Part shown: piece after piece, positions 42,286 through 52,736 of the stretch
How positions within the stretch are numbered: position 1 is the stretch's first letter
How the letters are laid out: the number at the start of each line of letters is the position of its first letter
Assembly (NCBI GenBank): GCA_038143065.1
Contig: JAYQLI010000035.1
Location: 160,001-224,000, forward strand
DNA from: Rhodospirillales bacterium
GTDB lineage: Bacteria > Pseudomonadota > Alphaproteobacteria > Bin95
DNA: 64,000 nt
Direction of reading: 5' to 3'
Program-made: the position numbers and the translations under genes
The notes under the pieces: generated by a model
Told to the model about the DNA's origin: nothing
What the model saw: the letters and a program-made list of their open reading frames with translations, nothing else
The model's database searches: none

Positions 42286-43272
42286 TTACTCCAACTCTGC
42301 GGTGGGCGATGGCCGCGACATCAAACTAGCAACTGCTTTATGAAGACTAAGCTTACCATTCAAGACATGACTGACCGCAGAGATTATTGGAGCATCAACT
42401 CCATGTTGTGCAGCTAAAGCTAAACCGGCCTGGGCTGTTTCCACTCCTTCAGAAACGCCACTTCGTTCTGATAAGATGTCATTGAGGGTTCGGCCTTTGC
42501 CGAGTTCTACTCCCAAAGAATAATTTCGAGATCTATAACTCGAACAGGTAAGCATAAGATCTCCTAGGCCTGCGAGCCCCATGAGCGTTTCGCGCTCTGC
42601 CCCCATGGCTGATGCTATTCGTGCGATTTCTGCCAGCCCTCGGGTAGTGATCGTTGCACGTGCGTTTTCACCGAGCCCTGCGCCTTCGACAGCACCGGCG
42701 GCGATAGCGATAACATTTTTTAAGGCACCACCAAGAGCCACTCCTTTTAGGTCTGCGGATGGATATAGCCGAAGGGATGGTGTTGCGAGTTGTTGTGCCA
42801 GCTGGACTGCGTCTGCGAGATTTTCTCCGGCAAGCGTTGCTGCTGCGGGCAAGCCGCTTGCAACTTCGATGGCAAAATTTGGCCCACTCAAAACAAAGAT
42901 ATTTGCTTTATGCAGAACTTCTTTAGCCATTTGGGGCATCAAAAGCCCTGTGGTTCGTTCGATGCCTTTGCAACAAAGAATAACATTCCCAGTTGGCGCG
43001 AGAGACCTGAGAATTTCGCGTGTTACCTGTGCTGGTGTGACTACAATGAGGAATTTCGCAAATTTACTCTCGGACAGGTCAGCCGTAACCCGCACATTTT
43101 TGGGGAGTGTTAAATCCGAGGTAAGATACGGGGAAGCTGTTCGTGTCTCCGCTATTTTTGCAGCCTGCTCCGGGCGCCTCGCCCAGAGCAGGACTTCAGT
43201 TTTATTAGCGGCCTGCGCGATGGCTAGAGCGGATCCCCAAGCACCAGCCCCGAGCACACAGATATCCGCCAT
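42286..43272 (-). CDS. gpsA: NAD(P)H-dependent glycerol-3-phosphate dehydrogenase
   Basis: GAGAWGSAL, KGIE, SGPNFA, GGALKNVIA and GLAGLGDLMLTC..SRN. Confidence 0.96.
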   Translation of the reverse strand: MADICVLGAGAWGSALAIAQAANKTEVLLWARRPEQAAKIAETRTASPYLTSDLTLPKNVRVTADLSESKFAKFLIVVTPAQVTREILRSLAPTGNVILCCKGIERTTGLLMPQMAKEVLHKANIFVLSGPNFAIEVASGLPAAATLAGENLADAVQLAQQLATPSLRLYPSADLKGVALGGALKNVIAIAAGAVEGAGLGENARATITTRGLAEIARIASAMGAERETLMGLAGLGDLMLTCSSYRSRNYSLGVELGKGRTLNDILSERSGVSEGVETAQAGLALAAQHGVDAPIISAVSHVLNGKLSLHKAVASLMSRPSPTAELE

Positions 43273-43284
43273 TATCGAATAGCC

Positions 43285-44780
43285 TTACTGGTTCGACATT
43301 GCCTGTTTTCCAGCTGACGCCCCGGAAATTTTTCCAAACACTGCACCAGCCATCAGGCCAGTTCCACCTGGATAGTTCATGTAAAATAACCCACCGGTTA
43401 GTTCACCTGCTGCATATAAGCCAGAAATTGGTTCATCAGATGCATCAAGGACAGCACCAGTCTCAGGATTAATTTTTAGGCCACCAAAGTGAATGTCAGA
43501 CCACAAGTGGTCTGGTATGCCTCAAATGGAGCCTCGTCTAACGTATTTGCCCAGTTTGTTTTATCTATTGGTAAGCCTTCCGTCCGGCGACCATCTTTAA
43601 CGTTTGGATCAAATTTAATATCGGTCCGAACTGCGTCATTGTAAGCTTTGATTTCTCTTAAAAAGCCTTCTTTGTTCACCCCATCTAGCTTTTCAGCTAA
43701 CTCTTCTATGGTATTGGCGCGGACCTTGGTCACTTGACGAATCCGATACTCATCACGAAGCATTGGGATGATTTTATTATCAAATACCTGCCAAGCCATT
43801 TGATTGGGCTGCTCTAAAACCTTCCGACCGTAGCTGGCATAGGTATAGTTTCTGAAGTCGTAGCCTTCATCCACAAATCGTTTGCCTTCGGCATTGATCA
43901 TCAAGCCCCACGGATATGAATGTTTTTGGAAGTTGTCGCCGACATGGATGTCACCAAATTCTGGTGCGTTGTAATCCCAACCCACGGCATGGCATCCAGA
44001 CCAATTTCCATGAGGTCTCGCACCTATATCCATGGCCATTTTAATTCCATCGCCCATGTTGTAGCGCGTGCCACGAACCTTCGCGAGATCCCAACCTGGC
44101 CCAAGATATCGAGTACGCCATTCTGCATTTGACTCAAAACCGCCACATGCTAGCACTACAGATTTACAGGCTATCGTATAAGTTTCACCGTTTTGTTTGA
44201 CTTTGATTCCGTGAACGCCGTCGTCATCTGCAACTAATTCAAAACCGCGGGCGTGATAACGTACTTCTATGCCTTCTTTTTCCGCCTGTTCATGCAATGC
44301 ATCAACGAGGCCAGGGCCACCACCCCAAGCCGAAACAGTCAGTCCGCCCCAGAAAACAAAACGACCATCAATCTTGTAAGCCTGCTTTCCATAGATTGGC
44401 AGGAAGCGTACGCCTTTGGTCCGCATCCAATGCATTGTGTCAAGCGACTTTGTAACCAGGGCCTCACACATATCAGGGTCAGTACGATATTCAGTTAAAC
44501 GCCCCATATCATCATAGAACTTATCTTCAGTATAAGTGCCAAAGTCACTTATACTGATTTCTTCTTCAGATAGGTCTGGGCAAAGCGCTACAATATCGTC
44601 TTTTCCGTTATACACAGTACGAATATTGCCGGCAGTGTATGCTGAATTGCCGCCTCGATTTTCAGGGTCAGCCCACTCTAGCACTATAACGTTAGCGCCT
44701 GACTCTCGGGCGGATAGAGCGGCACACATCGCGGCGTTACCTGCGCCAACTACGACGACATCTGTGCTAGTATCTTGCAT
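43285..44780 (-). CDS. tcuA: FAD-dependent tricarballylate dehydrogenase TcuA-like flavoprotein (indel near 43485)
   Basis: VVGAGNAAMCAA, RGGNS, LACGGFE, GPGWDLAKVRG, RFVDEG, TFGGL and YPGGTGLMAG. Confidence 0.8.
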
Positions 44781-44893
44781 CGAAAATGACTCCAAAAATT
44801 TTTCAATTAGTTAGAAGTTAAAATAGTCTCTTTGGTTGCGGTCTCAAGAGAGTTTTGGATCGCGTTGAGAGTGTATTTTGATGATTGTTACCT

Positions 44894-45232
44894 TTAGTGG
44901 TCGCTGCCATGGAGAATTTTATCACGAAGTCCAGTTTCTGTCGCTCTGCCAACCGGCGTGAGTACCAAAGTACCTCCAGGCCTCACTTCGATCATCCCTT
45001 TGCGCTCCAAAACTCGCAACACAGCTTGATTTCTTAGTCCAGATGCGTCTTTGGACATCACAACACGAGACCCAATATGAAAATGGATACCGTGAGGCTC
45101 AGGTAACATCCTGATAGCAATCGACCCTGTACTGTCCTCTGGCTCAGAAAATATTGGATGACGGGCCACTTCTTGAAGAAGAGTTAAAGTCTTCTGGTGA
45201 AGGGGATTAAGAGGGATAGTCGATGATGGCAT
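44894..45232 (-). CDS. Hypothetical protein
   Basis: 112-aa ORF with an AGGAG RBS. Winged-helix-like C-terminus (LRVLERKGMI...LTPVG). Confidence 0.7.
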   Translation of the reverse strand: MPSSTIPLNPLHQKTLTLLQEVARHPIFSEPEDSTGSIAIRMLPEPHGIHFHIGSRVVMSKDASGLRNQAVLRVLERKGMIEVRPGGTLVLTPVGRATETGLRDKILHGSDH

Positions 45233-45298
45233 TGCTGTCTCTTATTTTACAGGGGGGCACGGAGCTTTGTTAACAATAATAAGATCTTCTACCTTACA

Positions 45299-47312
45299 TC
45301 AATTGGAGCTTTTTCCATCCGGATATTCATAAATTATCTTTGTTTTTGGTGTAACCCAGGTTGAAATTCGAGATAAAGCTCGTTCAGCTATATTCTCCTC
45401 AGACCTAGCAACATATCCTGAAACCCCAGGTAGAGGTTTACGTGAGAACAGTGATCGGCTGTTCATCATGAACTCATGCCAAATACGAGCAGGTAAACCG
45501 CCGCCAGTTAGACCAGGAACTGGTCGATCAGCATCGTGTCCAACCCACACCCCAACGGCAATATCTGATGTGTAACCAATGAACCAAGCATCTCTATTTC
45601 TTTGACTGGTCCCAGTCTTGCCAGCTGCATCGCGATCAATTTTTGCAGCCTTTCCAGAACCCCAAGAAACAACTGCACTCATCATATTATTAATACGCTG
45701 AACAACCTCAGGCTGCATTACCTGCGTGGGTTTAGTAGATGGCGTAAATAGAGGTATTCCAGACCTACTTCGTATTTCCTTTACTCCGTAAGGGGGAACA
45801 AATTTGCCGCCAGACGCTAGGGCAGTAAATGCGCCGGTTATCTCGAGCAAAGAAGTTGTTCCTGCCCCTAACGTTACACTGGGAGTTGGCATAAATGTGC
45901 TGCCTATACCTAATCTTCTTGCCACAGTAATTGCTTTTTCACGTCCTATTTGCTCAGCTATTCTCACTGCTGGTGCATTTAATGACCGTGCTATTGCTTC
46001 CCGTAACGTTACTTTTCCATAATATTTATTGTTGTAGGCTCGAGGTTGCCAGTTGCCGACCTGAATTGGAGCATCAAGCACATAATCGTCAGGTTCCATT
46101 CCTGCTTCTATCGCTGCGATGTAAACAAAGGGCTTGAATATAGATCCCATCTGCCTTTCCGCTTGCACAGCACGGTTGAATTGACTTTCCGAGTAATTTC
46201 TTCCTCCTACCATTGCTCGAACAGCGCCATCACGAGTAATTGCGATCAGTGCGGCTTGGGATGGCCAATTGCTTGATGAAACAGTTTTTTGGCTTACTCT
46301 TTAAGCCATTCGAAATGGCTTGTTCAGCAATTCTTTGCAATTTGGGGTCGAGGGTCGTTTCTACAAGTACGTCTCGACTTAGGCCTCCCAAGAACCCCTC
46401 TGCTTGATCAAGAGCCCAATCGGAAAAATACCTGGCATTTCCGGACACTGGTGATTTTCTTGCGGTAGCGGCAGAAGCTAATAGTGCGAGAGTCTGATTT
46501 TCTACACTTGCTGGGATATAGCCTACGTCAGTCATTGCTTTTATAACGAGGCGAGCGCGGGCTGCTGCACCTTCTGGATTACGATCAGGCGCTAAGCGCG
46601 ATGGTGCTTTCAAAGACCCTGCAAGAAGCGCAGACTCCCAAAGGTTAAGCTTGGAAGCTGATTTACCAAAAAATCTCCTTGCGGCAGCATCAACACCATA
46701 GGCGCCCCCACCAAAATAGACTCTGTTCAGATAAATGGAGAGTATGTCATCTTTTTTAAATCTGCGCTCCAATTCTAGAGCTAGCAGGGCTTCGCGTGCC
46801 TTTCGCCCAAAACTCCTCTCATGTGTAAGAAGTAAGTTACGGGCAAGCTGTTGTGTAATAGTGCTTGCACCTTGGCGAAAGCTTCCTTTGGTAACATTCA
46901 CAACAATGGCACGCGCTATGCCTCTGAAGTCGATACCAATATGCTCATAAAATCGCCGGTCCTCTATGGCAATTATGGCGCGCGGCAGGTGGGCGGGTAG
47001 GTCCGCAACAGTGACCATATCGCCGCGTAATTCTCCATATGACGCAAAGAATGCGCCTTCACGATCTAAGAGAGTGGCGGTAGGACCACGTTTTAGTTGA
47101 GTGGCTTGGTCTAATGGGGGTAGCGTTACATAAAAATAAGCTGCGGTCGCGGCACAAAAAATGGTTCCCCAAATCACAATCAGCGCTACCGCACGCGTGA
47201 GGCTTTTGTACCACGCACGTTTTTCCAGCGATTTTTGCTTGTCTTTAGGAGTGGTTCGCTTTTGACCTTTTGCAGGCTTGCGAACCACTTTTTTAGTTTT
47301 TGTGAGAGCCAT
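45299..47312 (-). CDS. Class A penicillin-binding protein (PBP1A family; indel near 46250-46290)
   Basis: Transglycosylase EDRRFYEH and GASTITQQL motifs. Transpeptidase GSIFKP, SLN and GKTGT motifs. Confidence 0.95.
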
Positions 47313-47405
47313 GGTTAATTTTGAATCAAACTATTTGTTATGCTTATAGAAGATCCATTTTTGTTCCTTGAAAAAGATTTTTTTGTCTATCGCCATCTAT
47401 AAACA

Positions 47406-47660
47406 TTAGATGGTCTCTGCCATGCCTAAAGCACGCTTATATAGATCCAAGAGGGCTTCTTGCTCAGATCGATCATCATGGTCGAGTTTCCGCAGCCGCA
47501 ATACTTGGCGCATTATTTTTACATCAAAGCCGTTTGATTTTGCCTCAGCATAGACTTCGCGAACGTCTGCAGCGATGGCTGCTTTTTCCTCTTCTAAGCG
47601 CTCAATTCGCTCGATATAGCTTCTGAGTTGTTCAGCAGTGATACCGCCCACATCCGTCAT
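47406..47660 (-). CDS. gapR: Nucleoid-associated protein GapR (DUF2312)
   Basis: QLRSYIERIERLEEEK...EAKSNGFDVK...LDLYKRALGM. Confidence 0.93.
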   Translation of the reverse strand: MTDVGGITAEQLRSYIERIERLEEEKAAIAADVREVYAEAKSNGFDVKIMRQVLRLRKLDHDDRSEQEALLDLYKRALGMAETI

Positions 47661-47806
47661 AACTTCGATCCCCTCAAATAATTTTGAATGCGGAAATTAG
47701 GCGCGGAGCGTGGCAGGATCAAGGCGAATAAAATGGTAGTTGTGAGCAATCCAATTTGATGCCTGAGTTAACAGCGTTCCTATAATGGAATAAATCATTC
47801 AAGCAC

Positions 47807-49129
47807 TTAAATTGTTTGTCTTAAGAGGTCTCTTTGAGTCTTGCCTTCATAAGATTTCCTGAAACGGCCGGCTCTTTGAAATATAGGCACGACCTCATCC
47901 ACGAATTGCTCAATAGCGCCGGGAGTGTGGATGGCTGTCAACATAAAACCATCGCCGCCGACATAGTCGAAGAAGTCTATCATCTGCTCAGCGACGCTTT
48001 CGGCCGTTCCAACAAATTGTGGGAGGCCAACGGATTGTCCATGCCGAGCAGCTACTTCAGCTAAAGTCATTGACGAGCCATCAGGATTTAAAAAGCGAGT
48101 ACGCATTCGGTGAAGTTCAGGTTCTTTTCTTTCAGCCATTTTTGCGTCCAAAGGTATACCTGATAGATCAAAATCTAGATGAGCAGAGAGAATTGTTAGG
48201 CCCGCTTCCAGCGGTACTAGTTCATTATGTTGCTGTTGGAGCTCTTCTGCATGTGCTTGGCTTTCACCAATAATTGGCTGTGCACCGAACAAAACGGCAC
48301 AGTGATTTGGGTTGCGGTGAAATGTTTCTGTTCGTCTTCTTATTGAGTCGCGGTATTCTTTGGCATTTTCACGTCTTGGTTGAATGGCAAAAATGGCATC
48401 GGCGTACTTTGCTGCGAAATCCTGGCCCTTTGGTGAGGTTCCTGCTTGCAGGATCGCTGGCCCATTTTGTGGAGATCTGACTACGTTGAGCGGTCCTCGG
48501 CTCTTAAAAAATCTACCCTCATGTTCGATGCGATGCACCTTTGAAGGATTGGCAAAAATGGCATTTGCCTTATCCATTAAAATTGCGTCTTCATCCCAAC
48601 TTTCCCAAAGCTTGCGGCAAACTTCCATAAATTCGTGTGCCTGATCGTACCGTTGGTCGGTTGGAGCACGATCTACACCATAATTAGCTTGCTGGTTTCG
48701 ATTAATTGATGTGACGACATTCCAGCCAGCTCTTCCATTCGTCATGTGGTCTAAGGTTGCCCAAAGGCGGGCAGCGAAGAATGGATGCTGATTAGAAGTA
48801 GAAAATGTTGCGGCAATGCCAATACGTTCCGTCACAGCTCCTAGCCAAGAGACAAGCGGTATTGGATCATGCTCTGGGGCCTGAGTCGCATATCGTAATG
48901 CTGGGTCGAGAGTTCCAGTATATGTGTCGGCGATGTAGTTCAGGTCCGCAAAAAATACCATGTCGAAGAGACCGCGTTCACATGTGCGCGCGATGTGCTC
49001 ATACAATTGAGGACGGTTCCAGGGAGTACTTTTATAGTCAGTTTTTGGATGTCGCCACATCCCGAGAGAGTGATAACTCGGACTATGAGTTAAAAACTGA
49101 GCAAGATGGATAACAGGTTTGCCTGTCAT
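47807..49129 (-). CDS. NtaA/DmoA/DszA-family FMN-dependent monooxygenase
   Basis: ERGLFDMVFFAD, TLDHMTNGRAGWNVVTS, KLWESWD, LQAGTSP and FVDEVVP. Confidence 0.92.
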   Translation of the reverse strand: MTGKPVIHLAQFLTHSPSYHSLGMWRHPKTDYKSTPWNRPQLYEHIARTCERGLFDMVFFADLNYIADTYTGTLDPALRYATQAPEHDPIPLVSWLGAVTERIGIAATFSTSNQHPFFAARLWATLDHMTNGRAGWNVVTSINRNQQANYGVDRAPTDQRYDQAHEFMEVCRKLWESWDEDAILMDKANAIFANPSKVHRIEHEGRFFKSRGPLNVVRSPQNGPAILQAGTSPKGQDFAAKYADAIFAIQPRRENAKEYRDSIRRRTETFHRNPNHCAVLFGAQPIIGESQAHAEELQQQHNELVPLEAGLTILSAHLDFDLSGIPLDAKMAERKEPELHRMRTRFLNPDGSSMTLAEVAARHGQSVGLPQFVGTAESVAEQMIDFFDYVGGDGFMLTAIHTPGAIEQFVDEVVPIFQRAGRFRKSYEGKTQRDLLRQTI

Positions 49130-49138
49130 GGGTTTTAA

Positions 49139-49975
49139 TTAGCTCTCTGACTGATTGGAAATAGCAGAACCAGAATCCTGCCTGGCCCTGAAACGCTGAA
49201 CAGCCTCTGCATGCAATTCTCTTGCCTCGTCTGTTTCAGGACTTTTCAATCGCTGTTCCATTATAAAACCGTCGTGATGAATCTTGCCCCGAACTAGAAG
49301 GGCGGTGGGTGTTGGCTCATGTATTGGACGAACTCGAGCAGGAATAAAGGAAAGCCAGACCCCAATCCGTCGGTCATGGTAATTATTTTCGCGGCTAGAA
49401 TGCACAAGCTTAGTATGGTGTAAAGACATCTCTCCGGCTTTGAGAGGCATGGGCAAACCGTCTGTGTCGCCAAAGCCGTTTATTCCTTGTCCCCTTTTGA
49501 TCATGTTATTCGGCCCTAGGTCATCGAAGTGCGGGAGCCAAGGACCCTTGTGTGAACCTGGGATCACATGCATACAACCGGACACTTCAGGCGCATCTGA
49601 GAGCGCGACCCACGCCGTAACTTGCTCAGCTGGATCTAGGAAGAAATAGGCACCATCTTGATGCCATAAAACGTAAGAGGGGCCCCCGGCTTCCTTAGTC
49701 CATAGCGTGATGTGATACAGCAAAATATCAGGTCCAAGGAGGTCTTCAACAGCATCTAAAACAGCAGGATGGTGAGCGATTGCATCCGCCCAACTAAACA
49801 ACATGTGTGGCTTGGATTTTTCTGGAAAATCTAAGGGATGCCCGATAGCTTTTTCGTATCGCTCTAAATCAGCGCGAAAATCTTTACACTCTGAATGATT
49901 TAGTACTGATACCGGGAAACAAAAACCTTCGGAGTGATACTGAGAAATTTGTTCTTCCGTTAGTCGTTTTGGCAT
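49139..49975 (-). CDS. Phytanoyl-CoA dioxygenase (PhyH) family Fe(II)/2OG enzyme
   Basis: WHQDG, VTAWVAL, GCMHVIPGSH, HSS and DRRI. Confidence 0.9.
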   Translation of the reverse strand: MPKRLTEEQISQYHSEGFCFPVSVLNHSECKDFRADLERYEKAIGHPLDFPEKSKPHMLFSWADAIAHHPAVLDAVEDLLGPDILLYHITLWTKEAGGPSYVLWHQDGAYFFLDPAEQVTAWVALSDAPEVSGCMHVIPGSHKGPWLPHFDDLGPNNMIKRGQGINGFGDTDGLPMPLKAGEMSLHHTKLVHSSRENNYHDRRIGVWLSFIPARVRPIHEPTPTALLVRGKIHHDGFIMEQRLKSPETDEARELHAEAVQRFRARQDSGSAISNQSES

Positions 49976-50083
49976 TTTACCTTCCCTCCACAAAACCAGT
50001 TTGGACCGTCCTCATAAAACAGGTCAAATTCTTCTAAATTATCACTAGTCTGTCGTAGGATTCGTATTTTGGAGAAACTTTCC

Positions 50084-51067
50084 ATGTCGTCTTTGGGGCA
50101 AGCTGCTCAAACCTTTGCCAAAACATTAGACCGAAATGGTGGTGGTCAGGATGTTAGTTTAGGAGCAATTCCGACTAAGGGTTTTCTCTGGTGTCATATT
50201 AAGTGGGATGACGAGAGCGGTGTAGCTTGGCTCAGAAATCAATCTGGACTCCATTCAGATATTGTTGAAGCGTTATTAGCTCCAGATACAAGGCCTAGAT
50301 GTACCGTGCATAAAACGGAGTATGGCAATGGAGTATTCATCAACCTTCGCGGTGTAAACTTAAACGATGGTGCTGATCCAGAAGATATGATTTCTATCCG
50401 GATATGGGTGGAAGGAATCCGAGTAATAAGCGTCTGGAAAAGACGACTTCGTGCGGTTGCTGATATTGTTGAAGGTATTGAGCGTGGCCAAGGCCCGTTG
50501 AGCCCGGATGATTTGATTGCAAAGTTGGCGCTTCGATTGGCAGATCGAGCTGAGCCAATAGTAGCAACGCTAAATGAAACCGTTGATAGAATGGAAGAAG
50601 ATATTTTATCAAACATTCCAGGACGTGAATTCCGGGCAGAATTAGCTGATTTGAGGCGTACAGCGATTGTTCTTCGCCGCTTTATGTTTCCTCAAAGAGA
50701 TGCATTATCAACTTTAGCCATAGAAGATCTCGAATGGCTCTCAGAGAGAGGCCGCACGAGATTGCTAGAAGCTACTGACCGTATTACCAGGCTTTCTGAA
50801 GAGCTTGATGCTATCCGCGATCGTGCAGGTGTTGTTCAAGATCAAGTAGTGGAAGCGCGCGGCGAAGCCATGAACCGTAGCATGCTAATTCTATCGGTTG
50901 TGGCGGCAATTTTCTTGCCGCTTGGTCTATTAACGGGTTTGCTTGGCATCAATGTGGGAGGGATCCCAGGCGAAAATACTTCTTGGGCTTTTTGGGCCGT
51001 GTGTATGTTACTGGCGATCACAACTGCGTTTCAGCTTTGGCTCTACAGAAAGCTGCGGTTGATTTAA
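50084..51067 (+). CDS. zntB: ZntB/CorA-family divalent cation transporter
   Basis: TRPR, NLRGVNLN..PEDMISIR and FLPLGLLTGLLGINVGGIP (GIN motif). Confidence 0.9.
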   Translation: MSSLGQAAQTFAKTLDRNGGGQDVSLGAIPTKGFLWCHIKWDDESGVAWLRNQSGLHSDIVEALLAPDTRPRCTVHKTEYGNGVFINLRGVNLNDGADPEDMISIRIWVEGIRVISVWKRRLRAVADIVEGIERGQGPLSPDDLIAKLALRLADRAEPIVATLNETVDRMEEDILSNIPGREFRAELADLRRTAIVLRRFMFPQRDALSTLAIEDLEWLSERGRTRLLEATDRITRLSEELDAIRDRAGVVQDQVVEARGEAMNRSMLILSVVAAIFLPLGLLTGLLGINVGGIPGENTSWAFWAVCMLLAITTAFQLWLYRKLRLI

Positions 51068-51094
51068 AAAGCTTGGTAATTTTCGCGTGTAAAA

Positions 51095-52732
51095 TTAATG
51101 CAAAGCCTCGGCCCAAGCTTTTAGGCTAGCAAGATGACTGGATATGCTAGGGTCAACGATTGGAACGGCGCCAAGATAAATTTGCCCGTCACCCCCGTCG
51201 ATTGTTATCGACTCTCCAGCCATAATTTTGTGCGGCCCCGCAATAAGTAATTTCTTTTCAAAATCTATGGAAACGTCAACAGCTCCTGTCACGCAGGGGC
51301 GCCCTAATCCCCTGGCAATAATGGCGGCATGAGATGTAACACCGCCTCTGGTTGTTAATACACCGCGCGCTGCGTGTATCCCTCGGATATCTTCGGTGCT
51401 TGTTTCCTTCCGCACAAGAATCACGCTTTCTCCGGTTTCGGCAAGCGCTACTGCCTCCTCTGTGTCAAAAGATATACATCCGGTAACAGCACCAGGAGAT
51501 GCTGGAAGCCCGCTAGCGATTTGAGCTCGTTCTGCTTCGGGATCGATAATGGGGTGTAGAAGCGAAGTTAGAGCATTTGGGTTAGCGCGAATAACTGCCT
51601 CTTGTGTCGTTATCAGGCCTTCATTTGCCATATCAACGGCTATCCGAATTTTAGCCTCTGGCGACCGTTCACCCGATCTTGTCTGCAGGACCCATAGCCG
51701 GCCTTGCTCAATAGTAAACTCAATATCCTGCATGTCTCTGAAATGATTTTCTATACATGCTTGGATTTTAGAAAGTTCCTGAAATGCCTCAGGAAAGGTC
51801 TCTTCCATACTTGCTAGATGTGAATTTCTTTTGAGACGATCTTTGGCAGTTAAAGCTCTGGGGGTTTTAATACCAGCTACGATATCTTCACCTTGAGCTT
51901 GGATTAGAAACTCTCCATGAAGAGCCTTTTCGCCAGTTAACGGATTCCGCGTAAACATTACCCCTGATGCTGAGGTGTTATCTCTATTTCCGAAAACCAT
52001 TGCTTGAATGGACACGGCTGTTCCAAGCTTTTCTGAAATGGCGTGCAGCTGGCGATATGAGATGGCAGGAGGATTTTCCCAACTTTTAAAAATTGCCGCT
52101 ATAGCATCCAAAAGCTGGGTCTCAGGATCTTCAGGAAAAGGAAAATTTAACCTCTCTTCTACCAAGTCTTTGAAAGCGGATATAATCAAGACCAAGTCTT
52201 TAGAGGTTAGTTCCTGGTTCAGTAAAAGATTGTGATCCTTCTTGTAGCAATCGATAATTTCTTCAAAGCAGTTAGCTTCCATACCAAATACGACACAGCT
52301 GTACGTTTGAATGAAGCGTCGGTAGCTATCCCAAGCAAATTTCTCAGATCCAGTTGCAGCTGCAAGGCCTTGTGTGGTTTTAGTGTTGAGGCCCAAATTA
52401 AGGATGGTGCTCATCACTCCAGGCATAGAGGCTTTGGCCCCTGATCTTACTGATAGTAATAGTGGGTTTACTGCACTACCAAAATTCTGCTGAGTTTCCT
52501 TTTCAATTTGTTTTAGTGCACTTTTAATCGAATTTTGCAGAGTTCTTAAGCATTCATGGCCATTTCTGAAGAAGTCCTGGCAAACTTCTGCCGAAATTGT
52601 GAAACCGGGAGGCACGGGGACACCAAGCTTGGTCATTTCAGCAAGAATTGCACCTTTGCTACCAAGAAATTCTTTCGTCTCAAGGCCACCATCGGCCCTG
52701 CCGTTGCCGAAGCTAAATATTAATTGGCTCAT
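51095..52732 (-). CDS. ppdK: Pyruvate, phosphate dikinase homolog lacking the C-terminal pyruvate/PEP-binding domain
   Basis: LGSKG, PVPPGF, PLLLSVRSGA, QAMVFGN, QDIEFT, LQTR and phospho-His GGVTSHAA. About 545 aa, ending LKAWAEALH*. Confidence 0.88.
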   Translation of the reverse strand: MSQLIFSFGNGRADGGLETKEFLGSKGAILAEMTKLGVPVPPGFTISAEVCQDFFRNGHECLRTLQNSIKSALKQIEKETQQNFGSAVNPLLLSVRSGAKASMPGVMSTILNLGLNTKTTQGLAAATGSEKFAWDSYRRFIQTYSCVVFGMEANCFEEIIDCYKKDHNLLLNQELTSKDLVLIISAFKDLVEERLNFPFPEDPETQLLDAIAAIFKSWENPPAISYRQLHAISEKLGTAVSIQAMVFGNRDNTSASGVMFTRNPLTGEKALHGEFLIQAQGEDIVAGIKTPRALTAKDRLKRNSHLASMEETFPEAFQELSKIQACIENHFRDMQDIEFTIEQGRLWVLQTRSGERSPEAKIRIAVDMANEGLITTQEAVIRANPNALTSLLHPIIDPEAERAQIASGLPASPGAVTGCISFDTEEAVALAETGESVILVRKETSTEDIRGIHAARGVLTTRGGVTSHAAIIARGLGRPCVTGAVDVSIDFEKKLLIAGPHKIMAGESITIDGGDGQIYLGAVPIVDPSISSHLASLKAWAEALH

Positions 52733-52736
52733 AGGT

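Noticed and set aside
42581-43282. Long antisense ORFs (233 aa here; also 54007..54516 and 9222..9716)
   Set aside because: They are shadow frames opposite well-supported genes and have no motifs of their own.
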